DNA from: Eledone cirrhosa
Lineage: Eukaryota
Assembly: GCA_964016885.1 (NCBI GenBank)
Contig: OZ024740.1
Location: 744,001 to 808,000 of the forward strand
Direction: 5' to 3'
DNA: 64,000 nucleotides
Both the position numbers and the translations under genes were made by a program. Under the pieces are notes generated by a model. It saw only the letters and a program-made list of their open reading frames with translations. It was not told the DNA's origin and did no database searches. This document shows, piece after piece, positions 26,455 through 40,200 of the stretch (its first letter is position 1; each line of letters begins with the position of its first letter).

Positions 26455-29400
26455 CATATTTGTCATACTTTTCATGTTTTTGGCAGGGTTTTTCTGGCTG
26501 GAAGCTCTTCCTATCACCAACCACTCTACACTATGGACTGGGTGCATTATTCATGCCACCAGCATTAGAGAGATTGTCTTACTAGACTCTTCTTCTTCTT
26601 CTTCTTCTTTTTCTTCTTTTTCTTCTTCTTCTTCTTCTTCTTCTTCTTCTTCTTCTTCTTCTTCTTCTTCTTCTTCTTCTTCTTCTTCTTCTTCTTCTTC
26701 TTCTTCTTCTTCTTCTTCCTGAAAAGGTCTGGCAACCAAACTCATAGATGTTATCCAACCATCTTGCTCATGGTCTACCCCTTGCTGTAAAATCTGTCCA
26801 GTGATTCTTTCCTGAGACATTCTTTGATCTCTCAATTCCAAGAAGTAGAGGCTCTACCTGGAATAACTCTCTCATCTCCAAGCTGCACTCTATTCATCAT
26901 CATCATCATCATCATCATCATTTAACGTCCATTTTCCACGCTAGCATGGGTTAGACGAGAGTTGTCCCACTTGAGGCAAGATTGTCTCGCTCATATAGGA
27001 CTATCTGGCAGGTTTTCTACGGCTGGATGCCCTTCTAACACCAACCACATTTACAGCGTGGACCTGGGAACTTTTTACCGTGTTACCTACACGGCCACAT
27101 GACAGCGTGGACTGTGTGTTTTTTCTCGTGACACCTACACGATCTCGATCTCATTATCTCATTTATTTGGACTGGATGTTGTGGTACCTACTTTATAGAG
27201 AAAGGGTGGTGTTGGTGGGAGTGGGAGGATAGGGTAGGGGTAGTGGATTGGGGTGTATATTTGGTTAAGAGGTGCCTACTGACTGTAGGTTTCGCTTTGT
27301 ACTTAGGCAGGGTGGGTCTTCTGTATTACTGCGTAGCGCCAAAGATCTCGGTCCAGTGACATTGTCTTAGAGAGGTGCAAGTATGTAAGGTCGGAATTTA
27401 TCAGATTGTCCCAGGTTTTTCTGGGTCTAGCTACTCCCTCCAAAGACCCTTCAGAGGAAAGCCATTTCAGATGCTTTTGTTCTCAATCATATTATTTCGG
27501 TAATTACCCAAGATTCATGACCATAGGTAAGGGTTGGCCTGAATACCAAATTGAAGATAACAAGTTTGTATGCTGTATATATTTGTAAGTCTTGGAATTT
27601 TGGTTATGTATTTGTCCGTGTTTTTATCATTCCTAGAGCACCTATTATTGTAGGTATTGTTTCTGTCTTCATCATCTCTAGATCTTTATATTTAGATAGT
27701 TTCTCCATTTCCTTGGTAGATATATTGTCATCTGTGTGGTTATTTGTCTTTGATCTCCTCATCCGTGTGTATGGGCATATCCCTATCCACTGCTCTATTA
27801 TAATTGCTGATATTGTGTCAAAAGTAGAAACAATTATTATTACTAGCTGGACCCGTGAAAAAATTCACAGATAATCCTTCTCTCTATATTATAACCCCCT
27901 CTCTCTAAATATATCAAAACCCATCCCTTTCTCTATATATTAAAACCACCCTCTCTATATATTATAACACCACCCTCTCTATATATATATTTAACCTCCT
28001 CTCTCTATATATATTTTAACCCTCCTTTCTCTATATTATAACCCCCTCTCTCTATATTATAACCCCTCTCTTTAAATATAGTATAACCCTCTCTCTCTAT
28101 ATGTATTATAACCCCCTCTCTCTATATATATATATAATAACCCATCCCTCTCTCTATATATATTATAACCCCCTCTCTCTAAATATATTATAACCCCCTC
28201 TCTCTATATATATTATAAGCCCCTCTCTCTCTATATATATAATAACCCACCCTCTCTCTCTAAATATATTATAACCCCCTCTCTCTCTCCTTTCCAAACG
28301 TTGCAGCGCTCTTTGATCTTCTTTCACCGTAGATTTTCGTAGATTGTTTACCACCCCCTTTCATTGTTTTAGCATGTCTCACTGACGTCATTCGACTTTT
28401 ATTTATATTACTGAAAGTGTGAGACACACGGTCGGACATACGGTACGTAGGTATTAGAGTATTAATATATAGATTATTATCCTTATTATTATTGTTGTTG
28501 TTGTCATTGTTGTCGTTGTTTTGTCCTAAAACTGTTATTAAATGGAATAGAAAAGCTTACCTGGTTGTCCTTCCCTACCCAATCTCCACCAGTCTAGGAA
28601 TGGCTCACAGCGATGAAACAATAAAATGTACATCAAGGCCAGAAAGTGATGGAGTTATGGGAACTCAGAGGACTGGATGGAGTAGTTGTTCCAGAGAATC
28701 TCTACTGTCATTGATAAAGTAAGTCTACACTACCACATGGCAATACCACACCACATGAGTAAGTCTACACTACCACATGGCAATGTCACACCACATGAGT
28801 AAGTCTACACTACCACATGGCAATGTCACACCACATGAGTAAGTCTACACTACCACATGGCAATACCACACCACATGAGTAAGTCTACACTACCACATGG
28901 CAATACCACACCACATGAGTAAGTCTACACTACCACATGGCAATGTCACACCACATGAGTAAGTCTACACTACCACATGGCAATGTCACACCACATAAGT
29001 AAGTCTACACTACCACATGGCAATACCACACCACCACCACTGCCCCCCACCACCACCATCCACCACTGTTTTCTCTTCACAGTAACCACCACTGCCCCCC
29101 CCCCCCCCCCCCTACCACCGCCACCACCCACCACTGTGTTCTCTTCACAGTAACCACCACTGCCCCCCCCCCCCCCCCCCCCCGCCACCACCCACCACTA
29201 CCACCGCCACCACCCACCACTGTGTTCTCTTCACAGTAACCACCACTGCCCCCCCCCCCCACCACCACCACCGCCACCACCCACCACTGTGTTCTCTTCA
29301 CAGTAACCACCACTGCCCCCCCCCCACCACCACCACCGCCACCACCCACCACTGTGTTCTCTTCACAGTAACCACCACTGCCCCCCCCCCCCCCCCCCCC

Positions 29401-32400
29401 CACCACCACCACCACCGCCACCACCCACCACTACCACCGCCACCACCCACCACTGTGTTCTCTTCACAGTAACCACCACTGCCCCCCCCCCCCCCACCAC
29501 CACCACCACCGCCACCACCCACCACTACCACCGCCACCACCCACCACTGTGTTCTCTTCACAGTAACCACCAAGCTGAATGTCTGTTTCAAGAGAACGTC
29601 AAACCAGAATATGTGGAAGACAACAATAGAAATATTACAGCAAATGGTCTTTTACCAGGTCAGTACACTCCTTCTTCTCCTCCTCCTCATCACCGCCACC
29701 ACCACCTCACCACCACCACTACCACAACCACCATCATCAGCACTACCACCACCACCACCACCACCACTACCACCCCCACACCACCACGCCACCACCACCA
29801 CCACCACCACTGCCACCACAACCACCACCACTACCACCACCACCACCACAATCACCACCACCACTACTACCACCACCACCAGCACAACCACCACCACCAC
29901 TACCACCACCACAACCACCGCCACTACCACCACCACAACCACCACCACTACCACCACTACCACCACTACCACCACCACTATCATCATCATTATCATCATC
30001 TCTTTTATGTTCATCTTACATTCCATGTTTTCATGTTCTGAACTAGACATGACAGAAGATCATGTGTTGCTCATAATCTTCCATCTTGGCAAGGTCTTTA
30101 TGGCTGGATGCCCTTCTATTGCCAATTATTTAACAGACTCTACTGGGTGCATTTAATCATGACATTAGTGCTTCATAGAGTGTACTGGGTACATTTTAAT
30201 GTGACATCAGCACTGCTACTTCATAGCTTGTAATGGGTTCATCTTATCATGGCACCAGAATTACTACTTTACAGAGTGTACTAGGTGCATTTTAACATAG
30301 CACCAGCACTAAAGAGTAGATTGGGTACATTTTATCATACCACCAATACAACCACTTTACAGAGTGTACTCGGTGCATTTTATCATGACACCAACACAAC
30401 CACTTTACAGAGTGTACTGGGTGCATTTTAACGTAGCACCAACAGAGTGTACTATAATTATTATCTCTTTTTAAGTTAACTACTACTACTACTACCACCA
30501 CATACACCACACTACTACTACTACTATCATCATCTACACCACACTACTACTACTACTATCATCATTACACCACCACACTACTGCTACTACTACTAGTTTT
30601 AAATTGCCAAAGTCTGCTGTATATTACTACGGCACCCCTACAACTCTATCATCCCTGAAGAGGGACGTGCCCTGCCAGATTTAAGGATCAGAGACATGCT
30701 GTATATTACTATGCCCCCTCCCCCTACAATTCCAGCATGATTTAAAGACCCATGCATGTACTATGACACAATTTAAATGCAAGAGAATTAATCTATTTTT
30801 TGCACTTTTGGATTTTATATCGAATGATAATAATATACAAGCAAACAGCCTCATTACGCTATATTTTATAGATGACCATCACTATCCTTTTGTTCTAGCA
30901 GTGGCAGAAAGAAACAATCCTGTCATCACTAGAACAAAAGGACGGTGATGGTCATCTATAAAACATAGTGTAATGAGGCTGTTTGCTTGCAAATGAATCA
31001 AATATTATTATTCAATATAAAACTCCTGAATGCATTTATGTATCCTCTATGTTAGAACGAAAAACGAAATTCTAATTTTTTATTTTTTTATGTATTCTAA
31101 TCTTCCTTAATCCCCTAGGTCTCTACCTTACACCAGATGATACATGTGAGTTAAATTATGGACCAGGTTTCCGATATAGGCCATATCCAGGAGAAACCCC
31201 TCATGTAAATATTTTATACCATCTTCTGTAAAACTGACCAAGAAGGCTGAGTCAGCAAGGCCAATATTTCACTAGTGCTGTGTTTTATACATTGTCAAAA
31301 TAATACAGCTACTAGTGCTGTGTTTTATACATTGTCAAAATAATACAGCTACTAGTGCTGTGTTTTATACATTGTCAAAATAATACAGCTACTAGTGCTG
31401 TGTTTTATACATTGTCAAAATAATACAGCTACTAGTGCTGTGTTTTATACATTGTCAAAATAATACAGCTACTAGTGCTGTGTTTTATACATTGTAAAAT
31501 ACTAAGCCCTCAGTGATCCAGATCACATTTATTTATTTATTTATTTATTCATTTAATCAGTTTTAACGTCTGTATAAGCCACGACAGACTAGGGGAAGTA
31601 TTGAGTATTTGTTACAGTTGTTAATCAAAAAGAACTAATGAGACAAGTAATAAAAATAAATATTTCAAATATTGAAGGCCAATGGGAGGCAGATTATGCC
31701 TAAGAAAAAGAAAGAAAATAGTAAAGAAAGGAAGCTGTAAAACAGAAGTTTCTCTTGTTGAATCTTTTCATAGCTACCATGTACTCCAAGTTTCTCTTGT
31801 TGAATCTTTTCATAGCTACCATGTACTCCAAGTTTCTCTTGTTGAATCTTTTCATAGCTACCATGTACTCCAAGTTTCTCTTGTTGAATCTTTTCATAGC
31901 TACCATGTACTCCAAGTTTCTCTTGTTGAATCTTTTCATAGCCACCATGTACTCAAAGTTTTTGTTTATATTTGGTAGATCTTTAATCATGTATTGAACT
32001 TCCAATGTTGGTAATTTTTTAAAGATATTATTAAACCATTTTTTTTAACAACCAAACACTTATCACATAAAAGAATTTTTATAATCAAAACAATCACTGA
32101 AAGAATACAATCACAAATACAATCAGCCGAGTCTTTGGAGTATAATTTATTTACTAATTAGCAATTAAACCATTAATTAACTTACTAATCAACAATGAAT
32201 AATTCATTTAATAATTACCAGTTTAATTAACTAACAATGTTGTTTCAGACGGAATGTAAGTTCCATTCCTGTACATATTTGGTCCATAATGAAAGATTTG
32301 GTGAGATGAAGGTGAATCGTCATGGGATAGCTGGTGCTTATTGTGGTCAGAACATGGTAAGTTGATCTAAACACACAATTGTGGTCAGAACATGGTAAGT

Positions 32401-34618
32401 TCATCTAAACACACAATTGTGGTCAGAACATGGTAAGTTCATCTAAACACACAATTGTGGTCAGAACATGGTCAGTTCATCTAAACACACAATTGTGGTC
32501 AGAACATGGTAAGTTCATCTAAACACACAATTGTGGTCAGAACATGGTCAGTTCATCTAAACATACACTTGTGGTCAGAACATGGTAAGTTCATCTAAAC
32601 ACACAATTGTGGTCAGAACATGGTCAGTTCATCTAAACACACAATTGTGGTCAGAACATGGTAGGTTCATCTAAACATACAATTGTGGGCAGAACATGGT
32701 AAGTTCATCTAAACACACAATTGTGGTCAGAACATGGTAGGTTCATCTAAACATACAATTGTGGGCAGAACATGGTAAGTTCATCTAAACACACAATTGT
32801 GGTCAGAACATGGTAAGTTCATCTAAACACACAATTGTGGTCAGAACATGGTAGGTTCATCTAAACATACAATTGTGGGCAGAACATGGTAAGTTCATCT
32901 AAACACACAATTGTGGTCAGAACATGGTAGGTTCATCTAAACACACAATTGTGGTCAGAACATGGTAAGTTCATCTAAACACACATACATATTTAACCAT
33001 TTAGCATTTATATGTAGAGAGAGACTAGGCATAAGAGGAATCAAATGTTGTGTGCAGGAGAGGAGATTATGTTGGTATGAAGGATGACAGCTGCATAAAA
33101 AGATGCAGAGCACTAAAAGTCAATGGAAATCTTGGAGTGGGGAGACCCAAGAAGACCTGGGATGAGGTGATAAAAGCTGACCTTACTCAATTGCACCTCT
33201 CAAAGGCGATGACACAGGACCGTGACCTCTGGTGTGACGCAGTAATACAGAAGACCCAACTTCCCACGGGTACAAACCGAAGCTGAAGCATATAGACAAT
33301 ATGCTCCCACCCCTCCCACTGTAAAGTGGTCGTGTAGGTATAACAACAAAAACACACCCAGTCCACACTGTAAAATGGTCGTGTAGGTGCCACGGTAAAA
33401 AAGCACTCAGTGCTCACTGTAACTGAGGTTGGTGTTAGGAAGGGCATCCAGCTGTAGAAATCAAGCTAAAATCAGCTCTGTATCAGCAAGACAAGGTACC
33501 CTGACCTGGCATTGCCCACAACAGGACAACCCACCTAACCCAAGCTAGCGTGGAAGAACGGATGTAAAATGGTGATGATGAAACCAAGCCAAAATCAGTT
33601 CTGTATGAGCAAGACTTGATCACCTGACCTGACATTGTTCACAATAGGATAACTCGTCTAACCCATGCAAGCATGGAAAAATGTACATTAAATGGTGATG
33701 ATGATGATTATGATTACTCTATATTAACTATTGTATTTTCATGATAAACACTTTATTTCATATAATTATCTCACATACAACATTATCTCGCCAACAACAA
33801 CTCTGAGCACCTTTTTGATCTCCATGTGTCTAACACATGTGGACATGTCTACAAAATCAGAAAACAGCACAGCTCCCATGACTTTCGTAAACATTTTTTC
33901 ACGCTCAGAGTTGCTGAAGCATGGAACAAACTGCCTGCGTCAGTTGTTAGCTGCCAAGACACTGCATCCTTTAAAACCCTCATGCTTCCCGAAATATGCC
34001 AAAACTACACCTGATGTATCCCTTCCATACACATGCACACATGTGTATATCATGACTCATGCACTGTTCATTTTCCTGACATTTGTACATTACCCTATGT
34101 ACTATACATACACTTTTTGATGAGTTGTAGTGCACCTGAGCACTGTACACAATATTTCATTATTATTATTATTATTATTATTATAATATCGAATCTACGA
34201 GATTTTGATATTTATTTTGAGAACAATACCTTAACATAAGTATGAGCACCCAGTTTGAACAGAAAGAGATGAAATAATCCTGACCAGATATGGCCGATTT
34301 AAATGCTAAAAGATTAAGCTCAAATGTCTGGCAACTGACTTCGTAGACACCCACAAGATTATTAACCATCTTGCCAACACCCATGGACATGCTTGTAAAA
34401 TCAGAAAATAGTACATTTCCCATGACTTTCGGAAACATTTTTTCATGTTCAGAGTTGCTGAAGCATGGAACAAATTATCTGCATCAATTCTTAGCTGTTG
34501 GGACACTGCATCTTTCAAAACCGCCATGCTTCCTGAAATTCACATACCTACCTACCCAGGTGTAAAACTGTCCTATAACTTGGAGCATACATATATACAG
34601 TGATTTTTACCTATTACT

Positions 34619-34653
<35 letters not shown>

Positions 34654-37181
34654 TTTACGTCCGCTTTTCCCTGCTTGCAAGGGTGGGACGGGTCTTATTC
34701 AGCACAGCATCTCTCCACTCTTCACGGTCCCTCGTCATCTCCACCGTGAGCTTCAATGATCTGAGGTCTGTTCTCACCACCTCCGCCCATGTTTTTCGTG
34801 GTCTACCTCTACCACGTCTTCCTTCAACTGCCAATTCCTGGCACTTCTTCACCCATCGGTCATCCTCCATGCGCATCACATGTCCATACCACCTCAGTCT
34901 CCTCTCCCGTACACTACATTCTATCCCTCTCAGACACAGTTTCTCTCTCAACACATTTATGCTGGGTCGTTCACGCACATTTACACTGCACATCCAACGG
35001 AGCATGCTTGCCTCATTTCTCTCCAGCCGTCGCATATCCTCTGCAGTTGCTGCCCATGTCTCACTACCATGCAGCATCGCGCTCCTCACACAGGCATCAT
35101 ACAACCGGCCTTTCATACGCAGGGAGAAACCCTTCTTCATCAACAGAGGAAGCAGCTCCCTAAACTTCTTCCAGCCCGTCCTTATTCTAGATACTATGGC
35201 CTCGGAACACCCTCCTCCCATGCTAATCTGATCTCCTAGGTACCGGAAGCTATCCATCACTTCTATAGCGCCCTCTTGCATTTGAAAAATGTGTCTATCA
35301 GTGCGACTTCTACTGTCTAATTTCCCTGTACATCTACTGCATACATATTTCTCCCTACCTGTTAGTTTGCCTGCTATCCTGCTACATCTCTTGTGTACTA
35401 TATATTGTTTATTTTTTTCCCACTTTCAGGTTTGTGTACTAAACCTACAATGTGTCAATATCAAGACCCTAAATTTAAGGGTACCTATAACTGTAACAGC
35501 TGGTGGCTGGGGATTGTGGGGTGCATGGTCTGAATGTATTTCTGTTTGTGGACCTGGGATCAGATACCGTGAACGATTATGTACAAACCCAAAGTAAGTT
35601 TTCACATGGATTTCACTGACACTGTTATTGTTTAACCCCAGCTTTGATGTAATCTAGCACACATATGGTCCAGGGCCTCCTTGAGGTGTTCATCCTGTTT
35701 ATTTTCCCCCTTTCAGACTCCACCATCTCGTGTATAAGGTTTGGTATGTTGGTATGTTGGTAGTCAGTGTTAAAGTAATTGTGAAAACTAGTGTATAAGG
35801 TTTACTATGTTGGTATGTCAGTGTTAACATAATTGTAGAGTCTGGTATATAAGGTTTGGTATGTCTGTGTTTAAAATAATTGTGGAGACTGGTGCATAAG
35901 GTTTACTATGTTGTATGTCAGTGTTAAAATAATTGTAGAGTCTAGTGTATAAGGTTTGGTATGTTGGTATGTCTGTGTTAAAATAATTGTAGAGTCTGGT
36001 GTATAAGGTTTGGTATGTTGTATGTCAGTGTTAAAATAATTGTAGAGTCTGGTGTATAAGGATAACTATGTTGGTATGTCTGTGTTAAAATAATTGTAGA
36101 GACTGGTGTATAAGGTTTGGTATGTTGTGTCTGTGTTAAAATAATTGTAGAGACTGGTGTATAAGGTTTGGTATGTTGTGTCTGTGTTAAAATAATTGTA
36201 GAGACTGGTGTATAAGGTTTGGTATGTTGTGTCTGTGTTAAAATAATTGTAGAGACTGGTGTATAAGGTTTGGTATGTCTGTGTTAAAATAATTGTAGAG
36301 ACTGGTGTATAAGGTTTGGTATGTTGAGTCTGTGTTAAAATAATTGTGGAGACTGGTGTATAAGGTTTGGTATATTGTATCTGTGTTAAAATAATTGTGG
36401 AGACTGGTGTATAAGGTTTGGTATGGAGACATGTATATGAGGATTTTTATGTCGTGTTTGTGTTAAAAATAATTGTTGATGAAGTGAAAGACAAACATGT
36501 TTATTTGATAAATTTGAAACCTCTATTTCAGACCACTGAATAGTCCACAGTGTAAAGGACAGCAATACAGTTCTGTGGCCTGTACTGGAAAGGTAGGAAA
36601 ATGTATGACACCGTATGTGTATATTTCCTCGGTGTTGTTTTATGTCTGAGACAAGCAGTGTTAAAAAATCATCATTATTGTTGCAAGCAGGCTTGCCTCA
36701 AAGTGTTCCGTTGACTCTTATGATGTGTGACTGATTGTCACACTTAATGGTGAATTGATGGTCGTTTTTGCTTCCCCTCTTTTTTTTCTTTTTTTTTTCC
36801 TTTCTCTCACTATGTTTATGTGTTCTGGTGCGTTGTTTATATGAGCTTCTTTCCATGGCTGTATTTGTTATATGTGTTTATTTCTGTGTTTATCAACGAC
36901 ATTATATTTCTAATGTTATTCATAAAAATGTGAATAAAATTATAGAAAATAGAAAAAATTAAAAATGATTTAATTCATGCATTTCAAAAGTCTATTTTCA
37001 CTTTTACATTGGTGTGTGATGTCATAAAAGTATTTCTTTCACCATACCAAGCTGAACCTAATTATCAAGCAGGCTTTGATTCCAGTTAAAATGTGGTGGC
37101 TCGTCTCAAAAATTATAAGAGGGAAGCTCTGGTGCCACTCCTTTTTCTCTCCTTTTTTTAAGTTCTGTATACATATGTGTG

Positions 37182-37219
<38 letters not shown>

Positions 37220-40200
37220 GGTTTGAAGGTTCACCACTGGACAATTCCGTATGGTCAATCTTGATATAATAATATGGAGAGTACTCAACGTAAAGCAGCT
37301 CAACCGTCCTCATTTGTGTAGTTGGTGGTGCGAGTACGGAGTTAAATATTATAATAAAATAACAGGAGGCTGGACTTGTGTAAATCCTTGAAAGGTTTAT
37401 TATACTATGATCATTTCAATGACCGGGTTCCGTATGAATCCGGCGATATCATCAGGTATTCTAAATATAATAAATGAATGTAACAGATAAAATCCATGGG
37501 GCTGAAAATCGTAGACCGAGGATGACCGACCATCTAGCATCTTCCACTTTAGCCGGTCGCCCTCAAGTGTTGCCCATTCAGCCTACTTAAGGCTATCTGG
37601 TGAGGGGGCTAAAGCTTATAGTGTGCTACTAACCTCCCGGTCAAAGAGAAGAAAAACAGAAAGGAAGAAGAAGAAAAGTCAGCGTTAATGTCATGCTACA
37701 AGAAAAAAGACAGAAAGAAAGAGAAAGAAAAGTCAGCATTAATGCCATGCTACAGTCAGGCCAGGAATTGCCGTGAAAAAAGTTATTCTAAAGGACCCGT
37801 ATCTTAGCAGAGGTATATATAGTGGGGGTCTACATGGTATAATGGGTGAGTAGAAGATTGGAACGTTAAATTTTGTTTAGATTTATAGGATGAAGTTAAA
37901 AAAATTAAAGATTAACATTAGAAAATTAAAAAATTAGAAAATTGAAAATTAAACAGTTTAAAAAATTTTTTAAGGTTTTGGGGTGTGAGGTTTAGTTAAA
38001 GAAAGAGTCTTTTATGAAGAAACTTTAATTGTATTATAGAGATCCTCTATAAGTTATCCGAGTGGGATGTAGAGTAAAGATTATGTCCTTGTTTAGCAGT
38101 CAAACAGCATGCGGCGACTGCAGACCCCGGCCAGCCCATCCTAACCACATGTCAGCCATTCCAAGTGAGATCGCCTAGCGAAAGATATGGAAATCAATTT
38201 TTCCAAGCACTCTAGGAATGTATTCCAGGCTTCAGGTGTGCTAGTGGGAAGTCAGCCATCGTTGTTAGACCATTGTTATACCAAATGAGTACTATAAATT
38301 TACACAGGAGGGGGATTTGTTTAAGTAGAGGGAGGCATGATACAGCTAATAGTTATGATTAGGCCTAGAATTTAAAGGTACTATATGGCGGTCAAAAAAC
38401 GGCTGCGTGGCGGGCCCCAGGGCGAATCAAGCTGCTCCGAGTTATTTCATTTACCGAAGGAAGGGGAATTTGAACTATATTGTATTTCTCCTATGTTTTG
38501 ATTTCTCCGTTTTACTCCACCACCACTCTAGTTATTTTTATTTGTTTATTTATATATTTCTACCTTTTTACTTTATTCATCATCATCATCATCATCACCG
38601 TTTTACGTCCGTTCTTCCACGCTAGCATGGGTTAGACGGGTTGTCCTGTTGTGGGCAGTGTCTGGTCAGCTGACCATGCCTTGCTCATACAGGAACTGAT
38701 CTGGCTTGATTTCTACAGCTGGATGCCCTTCCTAACACCAACCTCATTTACAGTGAGTGCTGGGTGCTTTTTCGTGGCGCCTACACGTCCACTTTACAGT
38801 GTGGGCTGGGTGCTTTTTTGCCGTGGCACCTCCACGACCACCTTGCGGTGGGGGAGGGGGGCATATTGTTTATATGCTTCAGCATGTACCCATGGGAGGT
38901 CGGGTACCCTGTATTACTGCGTGACGCCAGAAGTCACGGTCGTGTGTCATTGACTTTGAGAGGTGTAGTTGGGTAAGGTCGGCTTTTATCACCTCATCCC
39001 AAGTCATCTTGGGTCTCCCCACTCCGCGGTTTCCATCAACTTCTAGTGCTCTGCACCTTTTTATGCAGCTGTCATCCTTCATACGCATCACATGTCCATA
39101 CCAGCGTAACCGCCTCTCCTGCACGCAGCATTTGATTCCTCTTATGCTCAGTCTCTCTCTCAATTCCTTTATGCTTTGTCGTTCACGTATATTACTGTTA
39201 CACATCCATCGGAGCATGCAGGCTTCGTTTCTCTCTAATCTACGTAAGTCTTCCACCTTCAGCGCCCAGGTCTCACTACCATGCAACATCGCTGTTCGGA
39301 TACACGCATCATACAGTCTGCCTTTCATTCTGAGGGAGAAGCCTTTTGCAGCTAGCAGTGGTAGTAGTTCCCTAAACTTCTTCCATCCCGTTCTTACCCT
39401 AGTTATTGTACTTTCTGAGCACCCACCTCCGTTGCTAATTCGGTCACCTAGGTAGCAGAAGCTGTCTACTGTTTCTACAGGGCCCTCCCAGAGATTGGTG
39501 GTACTTGTTTCCTGTGGCTGTTTGCTTGCTGTTTCAGCACAGCTGCTGCATGTGAATCCTACATTCTTAATTAAGCTTCCTGAAATCCCGCTACATCTCT
39601 TGTGTACCCATTGTTTGCATTTGGGGCAGAGAATGGAGTTCCTACCTACACCTTTCCTACATACTGAGCAAGGCCATTTCCCTGAGGGGATCTGGGTTCT
39701 GTTTTCTCGTCTACTTATAAGGACCTTAGTCTTTGTCATGTTGACTTTGAGGCCCTTTCTCTCTAGTCCCTGCTTCCAGGTTTGGAATTTATTCTCTAGT
39801 TCTACCATAGATTCAGCTATGAGTGCGAGGTCATCAGCATACAGGAGTTCCCATGGGCATCCGGTCTTAAACTCCTCCGTTATTGCCTGCAGGACTATGA
39901 TGAACAGGAGAGGGCTAAGAACAGAGCCCTGGTGGACCCCAACCTGTACGCTAAATTCCTCGCTATACTCATTGCCAATCCTAACTTTGCTGACTGCTCC
40001 CCTATACATGGCTTGTACCGCTTTCACAAGCCATTCATCTACTCCTAGTTTTCTAAGAGCCCACCAGATTACTGCACGTGGAACTCTGTCAAAGGCTTTC
40101 TCAAGGTCGACAAATGCCAAGTAGAGTGGCTTACTTTTAGCTAGGTACTTTTCCTGTAATTGCCTCACAAGGAAGAGGGCATCAGTGGTGCCTTTCCCTG

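Noticed and set aside
26396-30156. Poly-Ser/Glu/His/Thr/Gly/Val ORFs
   Set aside because: Translations of microsatellites and minisatellites; only the short exon H part is coding.
30656-30685. CTGAAGA-GGG-ACGTG-CCC
   Set aside because: Lacks the GAAA half of the hammerhead core.
4874-40124. ~200-aa ORFs antisense to RTE copies (4874..5506, 34683..35231, 39495..40124)
   Set aside because: Shadow frames of the RT coding strand, with no independent support.
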